DNA of 64,000 nt. Source: Ophelia neglecta (Eukaryota). Both the position numbers and the translations under genes were made by a program. The DNA is taken from positions 46,190,001 to 46,254,000 of the forward strand of contig OZ260663.1 of the NCBI GenBank assembly GCA_965285935.1, given 5' to 3'. Positions 40,101-51,365 of this stretch are shown here, piece by piece (position 1 is the stretch's first letter; the number at the start of each line of letters is the position of its first letter). The notes beneath the pieces were generated by a model. It searched no databases. It saw nothing but the letters and a program-made list of their open reading frames with translations, and had not been told where the DNA came from.

Positions 40101-40310
40101 CCTCTTTCCCCTCAACTTTCAATCAGCGATAAAAAAATCGCCGGATTTTGATTCTTTTTGGCCAGAAATGATCACTAGGGGTCATAGATAGTGATATCGT
40201 GTGCTTGGATTTCGGTTGGTAGGTTTATTTACTAATAAGGAACCAGGAACTGGAATTAGGAAATGGCTCGAATTTCATTTCCTTATTCGAACTGGGAACT
40301 AGGAACTAGT
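37175..40310. mobile_element. Non-autonomous DNA transposon with ~250-bp TIRs (unclassified; ends ACTAGTTCCTAGTTCCCAGTTCGAA / TTCGAACTGGGAACTAGGAACTAGT)
   Basis: 37175-37429 is the reverse complement (imperfect) of 40060-40310. The interior is AT-rich with no recognisable transposase. A related mini-copy lies at 54605-54778. Confidence 0.88.
39148..39465 (-). mobile_element. tRNA-derived SINE nested in the long-TIR element
   Basis: The minus strand begins GCCGAGTGGTTAGGGCGTCCGCCTCGCAAGTGGGAGATCGGGGTTCGAA (A box and B box). It has a central core GGTGTCAGTATAATGTGACTGGGTG and a tail GATATGACCGATAAGTGTTGAAAGCCACGTAAAAACCCCAACCAAC resembling invertebrate LINE-derived SINE tails. Confidence 0.88.
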
Positions 40311-41382
40311 AACTAGAAAATCATTTTAGTATTTTTTTTTGTCGGGCGGGTATTTCGTACAGGTAATTAATGAACATGTCCATATAGTAGACCCAATAAG
40401 GGGTGTTGTTTTAGTGGTTAAACAGGCAATTACATATCCATGCCCAGAATTAAGTTGAATTGCATTTCTTAATTGAATTAATGAATAAACTGGGCTGTAG
40501 ACTACTATATTATGTGTATTGTATTTCTTTCCAATAAATTAATCATATATATTGCCCTCAGAATCATCATTGACATACAATCATGTTTATACATCAATGC
40601 TTATTTTGTAAATGCCGAATTGTAGGTAGCAATGATCCAACTCCGGGCCCGCCAACGTAATAATAAACAACGATAACGGAGCCCCAAGGTGACCCACCGC
40701 CGCCAATTCTGGCGTGGCCTCGGCTGCAATCAAGTATAGGAGAGGACACGCTCCTATTCATATATACTAACTACTTGCATTATGATAGAAATATTAACTC
40801 AATTTATAATAGTATCAACTTGATAGATGTTACCATTTACTTTTCTTTAATGATATCATTTTCATTCATCACAATAGTTACTTGTATTCAAATAATTTTA
40901 ACAACTATGCAGCTCGAGGTAATTTGGAAGTTCCTATTTAGTAGTTAAACAAATAATTGGCTTGTTTACTGCCACTTGACCGAAAGATTGTGCCCGTATA
41001 TAAGGACAGAAAATTACTTCACACTAACCAAGCTTACACCGCGATGTTCTTCCAAGTAACCTTGGTCTCGATGGGATGGCTGGAGGTACTTTTTGGAGCC
41101 GGAGGTTACGGGTGATGCCTGCCAGACCCGGGGCGCCTCTGGACTGGGGTGAAGGCCCGGTGAGTCTTGCTCTATACTTTCTTTTCGCCCAGCACCTAAC
41201 CTATAGCTGCAAATAGTGTTAGTATAATGGTGCATGCTAATGTGTCTATCTTCCCTAATACAAACCTGTATGTTTTCCACTCTTACATAATCTAAACCTA
41301 AGTGTGCCTATCTTACTTAATACAAACTGATGGAGGATATTATAATCACCTTCGATTATTGTGTAAGTGCACGATGTGTTCC

Positions 41383-41515
41383 AGACCTCAGCCTCGTAAC
41401 CACTGCCTCCTGACCACAACTCCTGACTCCAGACCTCAGCCTTCTGATCTCAGCCTCCTGACCTCAGCCTCCTGACCTCAGCCTCCTGACCTCAGCCTCC
41501 TGACCTCAGCCTCCT
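41383..41515. repeat. 14-bp minisatellite (CCTCAGCCTCCTGA)n, ~9 units, degenerate on the left
   Basis: Read directly. Confidence 0.9.
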
Positions 41516-41599
41516 AGCTATATCCAATAACAGGGAACCTTGCCTGAAAAAATGTAAAGCAAACATAGTGAGAAGACAATACTGACAGTACGCATAAAT

Positions 41600-41760
41600 C
41601 AAAAAGCAGTAAATATAATACAAAAAACTGTACCTTAGAAGGTATAAAACGGTCTTTCCATTGTGCTCGAAATAGTAAAACTGCAAATCCATACTGATCA
41701 AAAGGCGTGAAACTGCCATTCCATCCTAGTCGAAATGAGTAAAACTGCAATTCCATACTG
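41600..41760. repeat. ~70-bp (2x~35) tandem repeat array, left half, interrupted by the CACTG element
   Basis: Unit ccatactgatcaaaa.gcg..aaactgccattccatcc...cgaaatg.gtaaaac; the array resumes at 47402. Confidence 0.8.
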
Positions 41761-42015
41761 CAGCACTGTAAAATCCTGATGCCAACTCAACATGCCACAA
41801 TGTGTTGAATAGCACAGATCACCTTGTATGTTTCAGTCAACATTGTATTTTGTGTTATAATGAGGCCAAGCTCAAATAACGCCGAGTCAACAATATTTAT
41901 TATGTTAAACCAACACGTGTTTAATAAACTCTTAAATTTTGACTGAACTTCTGCGTTAAGTGTTGACTGAAGACAAAATTATCTGTCTGCTAGAAGACCG
42001 TTTAGAGACGGTTTA

Positions 42016-42754
42016 GGGACGGACCATTATATCTGCAGGGGGGGGGGGGGGGGCGTGATCCAGTCTGACAAAAATCATGATAAAAGTTGACACATATTTT
42101 TTTTCGTAATAGAAAATGCCAGGTTATTTATATGGATAATAGACCAAATTACGTCATTTATATGCCTCCGCCCCGAAAAGACCGGAGGCATAAAGTAACC
42201 ATGCAGGATGTCCTTCCGACCGTTGTCCAATGTCCGCGTCGTTAAAGTTAGACAGCAATAATTCATGTAAGATTCGTGCTATTTCTTTGCTAATTCATGT
42301 GAGTGGTCCTTTTTACACAAGGGAACATGAACTGATAAGAGTGTCGGTGTATGAGACGCGATATCTCCTGAACCGAGGTGGAGATAATTTCGAAACTTCA
42401 TGGAAGTCTCAGATGGGCACTTGCGTTGATTTGATGACAATTTAGGCCTTTTTGGTTTTGTTTGTTCACTTTTCCCTACTCCGCCCCCCCCCCCCCTATA
42501 TCCTCCTCCGCGCAGGCCTACATTTTATAAACCTGGTCAAGAAACTTCACTATTCACAGTCAAGAGTGCCTTTTATCAACGGCATAGTAGTTGACCTATA
42601 TTGAATACATATATCTCACGGTGCCATTCAACATCCTCCACGGTGTTATATTTTTATGACCCCCCCCCCCCCTTTCTCAAGCCGGTGTAACAGTTGTCCA
42701 ACCTCCTCCCACCCCCCACCCCCCCCACCCCCGTGATAAATAATGACCGACCCA
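42016..42754. mobile_element. PIF/Harbinger-type MITE nested in the CACTG element
   Basis: Degenerate TIRs GGGACGGACCATTAT...(G)n / (C)n...ATAATGACCGACCCA, flanked by TTA on both sides (42013-15, 42755-57). Confidence 0.7.
42157..42600 (+). mobile_element. Helentron/HINE (DINE-1-like) non-autonomous element nested in the Harbinger MITE
   Basis: 5' stem-loop TATGCCTCCG (42161-70) / CGGAGGCATA (42183-92) after a T-run, followed by GTCC-type low-complexity sequence. The 3' end is poorly defined. Confidence 0.6.
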
Positions 42755-42978
42755 TTACATGAAGAACTTAAGGAAGCAAACTTGAGATCAATGAAATCAA
42801 AGGATCAGTTTTCATTTTCAAACTATATCTAATGTAGGTCCTAATTCGGCATAGCAGGATTACTCAGGACTTGGTCATTTGAACAGCTGCACTCGGAGCA
42901 GGACCTGTTAATTAGTATTGCACTCCAAGTTCGCTCTCTTGTTAGCTTGGTACCCTTTACAACCGAAAGCGCGGTCTC

Positions 42979-43072
42979 ATGTGCGGAAGTAACCATAATG
43001 TTGTTTACCGTTGTTCAGTGGACACATGTAACCATGTCCACTCGTCTGAAAACAACCACTCAACAGGATTAG
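42979..43072 (+). CDS. Putative exon 1 of an orphan gene inside the CACTG element (may be a non-coding leader)
   Basis: ATG 42979 is open (MCGSNHNVVYRCSVDTCNHVHSSENNHSTGL) up to a perfect donor AG|GTAAGT at 43072/73, phase 1. An ETS motif CGGAAGT is at 42984. Confidence 0.45.
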
Positions 43073-44595
43073 GTAAGTCTACATAAAGTCATTTCTTTTA
43101 CATACGGGTTTTTTTTATGGAATATCATTTAACAAATGGCGCTCACGATCTCACACTCAATGTCACGTAAGTTTTGCAAAAATACACTCTAAAAAAACTT
43201 ACAATTGTTATCCAAAAGATACAGGAAACTGCATGTTAAACGCTCAAGTTTATTTTTGCCGTATAGATGGAAATCGTTGTTTATTGTGTAGTCAGAAGAT
43301 AAATGATTTTGTCATATATCCTCACCACTTGGTATGGTTGGCGATGTGTCAATGCTAATCTATTCGTCATAAAATAGATGTATTTTGTGCTTGTTTTTTT
43401 TTTTAGTGTTATACATGTATGTTACTGTGGGGTCTTTAAAGGGTAGCCTTTAAAGTAGGCCTACGCACCTGGCCAGGATGCTAATGTACAGCTCTTGAGT
43501 ACACATAGAAAAGCGTGCAAATAGAGGGTAAGAAATATGCCACACAAAATTATTTCAGCATATTAAAGTAAGGTAAAATCATCAAATGATGCCATCATAC
43601 TACTATGCACATGTTGATGATATTGAGTATCAATGCATTCTCTGAAAGAAAATATGCACCACAGAGATGTTATGCTTAGTTAAGTTAAAGCTATATACCA
43701 ATTATAACATTTATGAGCCAAACACTAAGTAAGGGAGTATTCACTGTACAGGTAATGGCCAAAAGTAACTGGTAAACTGTTTAAAACAAGAACATGACTG
43801 GTTTATTGCTGGTTAATTACTCAACATGCATTTTGGCATAATGTACCTACAAAATAATTTTTGTGAAAAATAACAACTTAGTTTATATTATTGATAGCAA
43901 TTTGTTTAAATGGATATTTCCTTGGCGCCATCCAGATTGCTGTAGTAATCAGCCAAATATGTTTCATGTTTTATTTTTTCAAGCAACAGTTTCAAAGCCA
44001 CTCGGGTCTGATGCAATTCCTATTCACTGTGCAATGTGTGCATTTACCATTATTACATTCCTGCAGACAGTATAAAGGAAGTAAACTGAAGCCATAGCCA
44101 AAGTCACTCACTTACAGGTAAAAAAAAGTGAAATGGTGTGTCTGTGCTGACCAATCGCATAGTATGTGGTTCAAAAGCAATGCATCTTTAATTATAAATG
44201 TCATAATTGCACTTAATGTTATGTCCAATTCCTGTTGCCACATCGTTTCCAGGTTGGGCAGCCATTATCCCAGATCAGATTATCCCAGTCAACCTACAAT
44301 GCCCTACATTGATTGAAGTTAAGTTTGACACTGACCCAACCATCATTTTTCTTGTATCTGGACATTTCCCAAATATTACCCATAAAAAAAGAGATTGGCC
44401 TGATAATCCAAATTTCCCAGTCATTTTAGAACTTGCATGGGTGAGTGGGCAGGTGCTAGGTTTTATCACTTACTCTATTGTGCAAGAAGATAGCCACTGG
44501 ACTTCTTACAAAATTGTAACTTGTACATTTAGATAGCCTAAGTGTTTAAATAGCTTCCACCTTAACATCCTTAACATGGTTTTTATTATCTTCAG

Positions 44596-45095
44596 ATTTG
44601 TTCGCCCCTCAACATTTTGGCTACATTGATTTGATACTGGATGCGTTGGATACTAAATTTCACACAGAAGAAAACAGTCTGGGGGAGTTTGGAAGGTCTC
44701 ATCAGTTGCTAATGAAAGACTGCTTTTATTATATTCTCACCTCAGAGTCAGAGTATGCTGGCTCCATCAAATATACATGCACAGAGGAAGAACTAGAATC
44801 TACTGAAATCGGCACAGTACAGCCCCAAACTATCCGTGAGGCTGTTATCACGTCAACAATCAAATTTATCGTGAACATTGACTTTTCCAACGAAAAGGTA
44901 CCACTCTGTGACTTGGTTCGCTCTGTCTGTAGCAGAGTAAGGTCCATCTTTAGTGACTCCAAATTTTATGATCCAATGATGGGAACTCTTTTGATGGCAG
45001 AAAACAGTTCACTGAGGTGCAAACTTTGGGATGACGAAACTGATTTTGATGACAGTGCATCTACCATAACTTATTCTGTTGATTCTGACTACTGA
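44596..45095 (+). CDS. Putative exon 2 of the orphan gene inside the CACTG element (acidic C-terminus, no recognised domain)
   Basis: Acceptor TTTTATTATCTTCAG| at 44595. The phase-1 join G+AT puts the 165-codon ORF (LFAPQHFGYIDLILDALDTKF...TITYSVDSDY*) in frame with exon 1, giving ~197 aa. AATAAA at 45160. Confidence 0.6.
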
Positions 45096-46455
45096 GAGCA
45101 TATCTAAGGTCAGTTTTTTCAATCTTACATCAACCCACTATTTTAAAACAAACAAAATTAATAAAGAGATTCTCAAATACCATACAATTCCTTGCATAGT
45201 CGCTGCTAAAATAATGATTTTGGTAAAAAAAAAAAAGGCAATTAAGAGCAAACAGCAATGAAGGAAGAAAAAAGTGCCTGGCTTCGGTTTAGTCATCTGT
45301 GCATGAAAAAAATTCAAGTAATCCCACCTCACAATTTGTCCGACCATACATCTCTAATGTGCTTAGGAAAGCTGTATATATGAATTGAAGTTCAATCATT
45401 AGTATATATTTTTTTCTTTCTTGAAACAAATCAATAGTCAGTTGTTTCAACTTGTTTGAGTTTTAGACATCTTAATTTTTTGATTGTACATGGATGTGAA
45501 GCATCTTAGTTTAAGCCCTCAATGAAAGAGTATATTCAGGGCTGGCTAAAGTTGGATTTTTAGCTTTTTTTTTCTGTAGCTATGAAATGAATGGGTTCAG
45601 TACTTGTTGCATGGCAGATTATTCCAATTTAGACCTTTTTTTCACAATAATGGATTGCCCTTTTTTTTACCTGCTGGTTTTTAGCAGAATATCCGGACAA
45701 TATTTAGCAATTGTCTGTAACTGAGAAAGATTTTTCAGTACCAATCTATTACTTTTTCATCTTTTATTGCTTTGCTTTTCTAGCAAACTTATTAGTTTTC
45801 CCCAAAGGGACTCTATGTGACTTTTCAAAAGTAATGTGCCATATTATAGCCAGTTTGTCAAAACTACACTGGCATAGTCAGTTCTTCATGCTAACAGGTA
45901 GGAGTTACTGCCATTTAGTATAGCACTCAGCATACTGACTTCACTGCTATAGTATGGGTTAAAATTACTATAGTGTAAATGATTCTGAGAATGAAAAATT
46001 ATTCCAAGCCAGATTTCTCAGTCAGACGATTTGATACTGCAGATAGAGAAGCCTGAATGACAATCTTTATTACAGTCACCGGGTTTGCACAAACTGTTTG
46101 AAAATTGGTGACCCAAAGTCTATTTACAAGAAAATATGGCATGCAGTTCATACAAGGACAAATTATTTGGGTCACAACCAATTTGTTTGTGAAAAAAATA
46201 TAGTACTGAGGTTGGCATAAATTAAAACGACGAGTCACATATATATGCCATGTGGAATATTTGGTGGTCTGATGGACAATCAGAAGTCATTGAAAAATGA
46301 AGGCAGTAAAAAGGATGATGCTTTGTTAAATCATTTGGTTTTGTGTGAAACAAAGCCTTTGAAAGTGTCCTCTTTATATCAGCTACAAAATTCCTGTTTT
46401 TATGACACTTTTGAATTATGATATGAATTGTTCTATTGATAATTTTTTATTTCAG

Positions 46456-46560
46456 ATGTTGGTGTGCAAAATTTGTAAAATCAAAGTGGATAGCACATTT
46501 GGTATGCTTAACCATTACTATCTATCATGGAATGCCACAAGACTGTTCAACAGACCATAA
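46456..46560 (+). pseudogene. Relic N-terminal C2H2-like zinc finger of an EnSpm-type ORF/transposase
   Basis: The acceptor TTTTTATTTCAG| is followed directly by ATG: MLVCKICKIKVDSTFGMLNHY-(frameshift)-YHG. This resembles the CxxC...H...HG start of animal CMC-EnSpm proteins. It is truncated. Confidence 0.5.
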
Positions 46561-46918
46561 TCTTCAAGCCAATGGGCATGCTTGGTCTTGGTTTAAGTTG
46601 TATGAAGACATACACTGCATTGTAATGTATATTTTTTGATAATATGTTTCATTTTTAAATGATATAAAGTATTCATTGTAAAAGTTGTGTTGAAGGGTTA
46701 CAAACAGTGCTATAGAAGCCACGCTGATTTTATTTGGGTTGAACTATGCATCTATCATGGAATGCCACAAGACTGTTCAACAGAACATAATCTTCAAGCC
46801 AATGGGCATGCTTGGTCTTGGTTTAAGTTTTATCAAGACATACATTGCATTTTAATGTATATATTTTTTTTGGGAGGTATGTTTTATGCTAAATTGCAAT
46901 AAAGTGTTCATTGTAAAA
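46521..46918. repeat. Direct duplication, ~165-bp copies with a 230-bp period
   Basis: TCTATCATGGAATGCCACAAGACTGTTCAACAGA...TTCATTGTAAAA at 46521 and 46751. Confidence 0.9.
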
Positions 46919-47401
46919 TTTGTTATTTTACTTCAGTTACTGCATGGTTTTCCATAGCCAAGTTATATGACTTTGAGACTAGCTTAATGCTTTATTATGA
47001 TGTTTACATGATCAATGGACCAGACCTACATTGCCAATGTAAACCTCATTTACTGTAAATATATGCATGAAAGCACAGAGCTGCCCTTGAAGCCATGTAA
47101 CTTGGGAAGGCTATCCTGTTCTCAGCAAGAATTTGCTTGTTGAGGTAACATGTGAATATGGATGGAATACACAATTTTTTATTCAACATGGCAGTTAATG
47201 TTCAGTCAACACAAAATAATGAGTGCAAAGCATTTGTAAGACTTTCAGTTGTTGAGTCAACTTAAAATTTAGATTTCACTGCATGAGCAGACACTAAATG
47301 TCCTGTTGACTGAACAGCCATCAGCTAATCAAAACCCTGTCATCCATCGCATATCAAAATGCTGTTGAATCAACAGAAATGACTAATAGGATTTTACAGT
47401 G

Positions 47402-47530
47402 TGGTTAAAATGCGACAAACTGCCGTTCAATCCTGCGCGAAATGTGTAAAACGACAATTCCATACTGATCAAAATGCGACAAACTGCCATTCCATCCCGC
47501 GCGAAATGTGTAAAATCGCCGATCCAAAAT
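47402..47530. repeat. ~70-bp tandem repeat array, right half
   Basis: Same unit as 41600-41760 (ccatactgatcaaaatgcgacaaactgccattccatcccgcgcgaaatgtgtaaaa). Confidence 0.8.
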
Positions 47531-48959
47531 GCTCGGTTTGCTTAACAATCATTGGATAAGTCAAATATGCGGAATATTCTCGGGTGTGTAATACGTACGC
47601 TTTGTACAACCGAACTAAAATAACTATACGCGCCCGCGCGCAAACAGCAAAATATTATACATTTCTTTCACTGAATGAAATGTCGAGACATTCATTTGTG
47701 AACATCTTTATTTAATAACCACACTTATTTCCGGTACATCGTATTGCACCTGTCAGTAGAAACACGGACTACTGTCAGATGGTTTTGCATATTGCGGATA
47801 AATGTTTTTTTTCACCATGGTAATGTTCAGAATGAATCTAATGGGCGACGGGAGAAGGAAGGGGGGCTAGTGAACGCCTCTAGAGCCAACACTTCAACAA
47901 TAAAGGCAGGAGGGCTTATGAAACGTTCTCTTAATATCATGAATACAACATTCAAACTACATAGATGACATTAGATAAAAATAAACCTGAAAAAATACAT
48001 TATACAGGATTGCACATTATATAATTACAAACTAAATATTAGTGATTTGCGCAACTATCAATTGGAAATGTTTATAATGACCATCCATATTGGAGAAATA
48101 TTTTTGATTCTTTTATTAATTTTTTTTTTGATGGGTGCAGATTAGTTAATGTTTTCTTTTCTAGTAAGAGCTGAAAGAATTTCTGCTTGAAATTTTTGCT
48201 TACATTAATTTACAATATTACAATATACTAATATCATGAGAAATAAGTCAAAAAGTCTTACACCCAGAGATTTATCGCTTGCTTTACAGTATAGGGCTTG
48301 TACATATATAAAAGACGTATAATTTTTAATATAGATAATTTATATTATAAGATTCCTTAACTCTATAGGCCTTCAAGACTGAAAAGCTGTTAATTTGATT
48401 TTTTTTCATGTTTTTAATCATAATTCTGCCAATTTAATTCAATTCGACGAATATTTGACATTTTTCAAGAAGCAAAAATAGTGAATATGTGCGACAAATT
48501 CACGCATAAAAAAGCTGTGCCCACATTTTTTTGCTGCATGCATTTGCCACTTGCTTTTCAGTATATGACCTGTGCATACATACGAGGCGTACAAGCTGAT
48601 GCCAAAGTGACACTGCAATACCAAATAATAGACCGAAGGGCCATAGCCCCGAAGAGCCTTGTTGCCTGGTATAGTAGTAGTCCGAGTGCACTGACTTGTC
48701 CGTAACTCATTGTTACATGAATGTTTTGTAGCGTACATACATATAAAGCATTTTAAAACATAGCATTTTGTTAGATACATTCACAGTATGGGGAAGGGGA
48801 GGAAGGGGGAGGAACTAATAGCAAAGTCTAAAAATCCAACCAAAACAACGACCTTAATTACAATTAATGCATATTAAATATCAGTAATACACAATTAGTG
48901 CACATGCACGCCCAGAAGTCGTTCGCACCTAAATACGTATACTCAAGTAAACCCTGCCA

Positions 48960-49150
48960 TGCCCTACAATCAGGAAACCGTTCGATGCCGGTCAGCTCGG
49001 GCCTTCAAACTGTCACCAGTATCTGTTGCAGACTTCTACAACGCTGTAGTGTATATTTATTCGAGGAAACCTATGTCTGAGCTTTGCCCAAAAATGCTTT
49101 TAGCATGTTTGTAGGGGTGTCCTTGTGTAGCTACATGGAGCACGGTCCAA
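48960..49150 (-). mobile_element. Degraded CR1-type LINE ORF2 C-terminal fragment
   Basis: The minus-strand translation with frameshifts gives ATQGHPYKH...VVEVCNR...KARADRH, resembling the CR1 terminal motif TRGHxxKL...RVVxxWNxL...FKxRLDxH. Confidence 0.45.
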
Positions 49151-49164
49151 TCTGTTCTATAGTT

Positions 49165-49267
49165 CATCACCCTAACACTGTGAGCATCACCCTAACACTG
49201 TGAACATCACCATAACACTGTGAGCATCACCCTAACACTGTGAGCATCACCATAACACTGTGAGCAT
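49165..49267. repeat. 20-bp minisatellite (CATCACCCTAACACTGTGAG)x5
   Basis: Five contiguous, near-identical units with no spacers. Confidence 0.95.
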
Positions 49268-51116
49268 GATAACTATCATGAAGTGGGTGCTTCAGACTTT
49301 TAGCCGTTATAGGCCTATTCTATTCTAAGTGTAAATCATACGTACAGGGATCATGCGTTTACCTCTACGCCTAAATCCCATGGCCTTGAGATATACGATA
49401 AACTTCATACTTGATATAGTTTACAGTGGTCTTATTCTAGTCTCCATTCATATGTATTATGTCTAATTGGGCACATCTGTTTTAGTGGGCTGGCCTAAAA
49501 CCTATTAGTCAAAATGCTATAGTTGATATAAATTGTTTGCCTCACAATTAAAGGCACGTTGATTTTTTTGCCACACGAATATAGACAACTCCTTTATAAG
49601 ACCAATCAATAATAGGTATATTGCGAGATGAGGGGAATCGTCCTACTTTTCTGAGTTTTCAATTTCTTTGTTCATATGTAGGCCCTGGGGCAATGTCATG
49701 TAGCAAACAAATTAGACCCTCTGGCTAATCAAATTTAGACCCTCGGGCAATAACCTGTTTGCCATGAAGCTATTAACCAACCTAAGGCCCTGTGTCAGTG
49801 AGCAATTAAAATTTTGGACATTGAAAAGTAAAATTTTGGTCCTAGGTCAATGAAATTTAGACCAAAATGTGTACACACGAGGAAAATTTCGAGCTCTATT
49901 TCTGCTGGAGAGACATTGGCCCTATGAAGTTTGTCAATTGGTAAAAGAAGGTCCTCGGTATTTGCGGACCTAATTTGGCTAAAAAGGGCTGAGATATAGG
50001 CTCGAGTAGGGCTAAAGACCCCTATGGAGCAGTAAATTGGTGGGCGTTTAGGTGTAGCCTCCAATTTGAGACCTACTCCACCAGCCTATTCAGTTCAGCA
50101 CGGAGCTCGTTCCAGTTAACGGGTGGGAGGGAGGCAGCGAGTTTGGTATCGTTGGCGACAATTTAGACATTTTTATCGGCCCAAGACCCTACAGGGTACG
50201 CTGCCGCTCACCTCACCCCAGACAGGGAAGGTGCCTTTCACTGCGCTCTCCTCCTCACATAATGAACACTATAGATCCACTAATAAAGCAGTAAAATCAT
50301 CACCTGAACAAGTTCTGGGCATTTATGTGCACTGCCTAGCTCTACATTAAAGCCATCATCCAGCGTCCGGGTCCATTGATCTCGAGCTCCTGAGCAGGTT
50401 TGGACGATCCAGAGCATCCTGAAGCATATCCAGGTCAGCAGCTTGTCAACAACCAGTTTGCCTTCTTATATTAAACAATTCAACACACGGAAGACTTTGC
50501 TTGCGATACGACCGGTTTAGTAAACATATATAAACATTAAAGATAATTTTACAGTGAACTTACCGTTGAAGCTATATACATGGAAGTATACGAATAAATA
50601 AATGATGTGCAAAACACTGAAAAAAGGGCACAAAATGTGCGTCTCTACGGTGGGTGCAAAAGCAAAAGATATTATACATGCTGTGTTTCGGTACTATGGA
50701 TGTTTGTAGGCATAAGGGGCGGGGAGGGGGGGGGGGGGGACTCATGAATGCATCAATATGTTTCTGCGACCCAATTTTAAGAAGGCCAAACGTCATGGGT
50801 CAAGAAAACGGGGGAAAGCACATTAACTTTTACACCACGTTGGTTTGAAAAATAGACTAGCGTAAATCGTAAAAAGAATTAAATATGATGCTGCACGCAG
50901 GGACGCAAGCACGGAAACTTTATTATAAGCCAAATTTAAGGGCGACCAACTTTTTATTTTCGATTGACTTGGGTATTTTGTTTATTTTATAGAACCCACG
51001 TATAGAGACTCACATTGTAAGTATACTTATACGTTACCTCCTACGTCACAGGGACACGGCCGTCATCCACTTACCTCGCTGTTCCACCATACAATAAATG
51101 ACGGTAGTTGTCAACA

Positions 51117-51365
51117 TAATGTTCAGTTATCCATTCCTAGATATATATGTTTGTTCTGGGCGTTATGTCTCTTATTACTTCCTATATCAATTAAATGTTC
51201 ATAATCACTTGCCAGATTATTATAAGGTACACTTCGATAATAATGTTCCGTTATCCATTCCTACATATATGTTTGTTCTGGGCGTTAGGTCTTTAATCAC
51301 TTCCCATATTAATAAAATGTTCATAATCACTTGCAAGATTATTTTAAGGTACACCTCGATAATAA
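51117..51365. repeat. Tandem duplication, ~123-bp unit x2
   Basis: ATAATGTTC.GTTATCCATTCCTA...AAGGTACAC.TCGATAATAA is repeated at 51117 and 51240. Confidence 0.9.

Larger units (their letters stand above)
41764..47401 (+). mobile_element. CMC-EnSpm (CACTA-superfamily) DNA transposon, 5.6 kb, non-autonomous
   Basis: Perfect 14-bp TIRs CACTGTAAAATCCT / AGGATTTTACAGTG. Multiple subterminal TGTTGANTCAACA-like palindromic repeats lie at both ends. It splits a tandem repeat that continues in register on the other side, and it contains a C2H2-like transposase N-terminal relic. Confidence 0.88.

Noticed and set aside
49165-49267. CRISPR-like array
   Set aside because: Contiguous 20-bp units with no unique spacers, no cas genes and a eukaryotic context: a minisatellite.
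49793-50450. Possible solo LTR (TGTCA start, AATAAA, ...CAACA)
   Set aside because: No matching TSD and no second LTR, PBS or PPT; probably a repeat but unclassifiable by eye.
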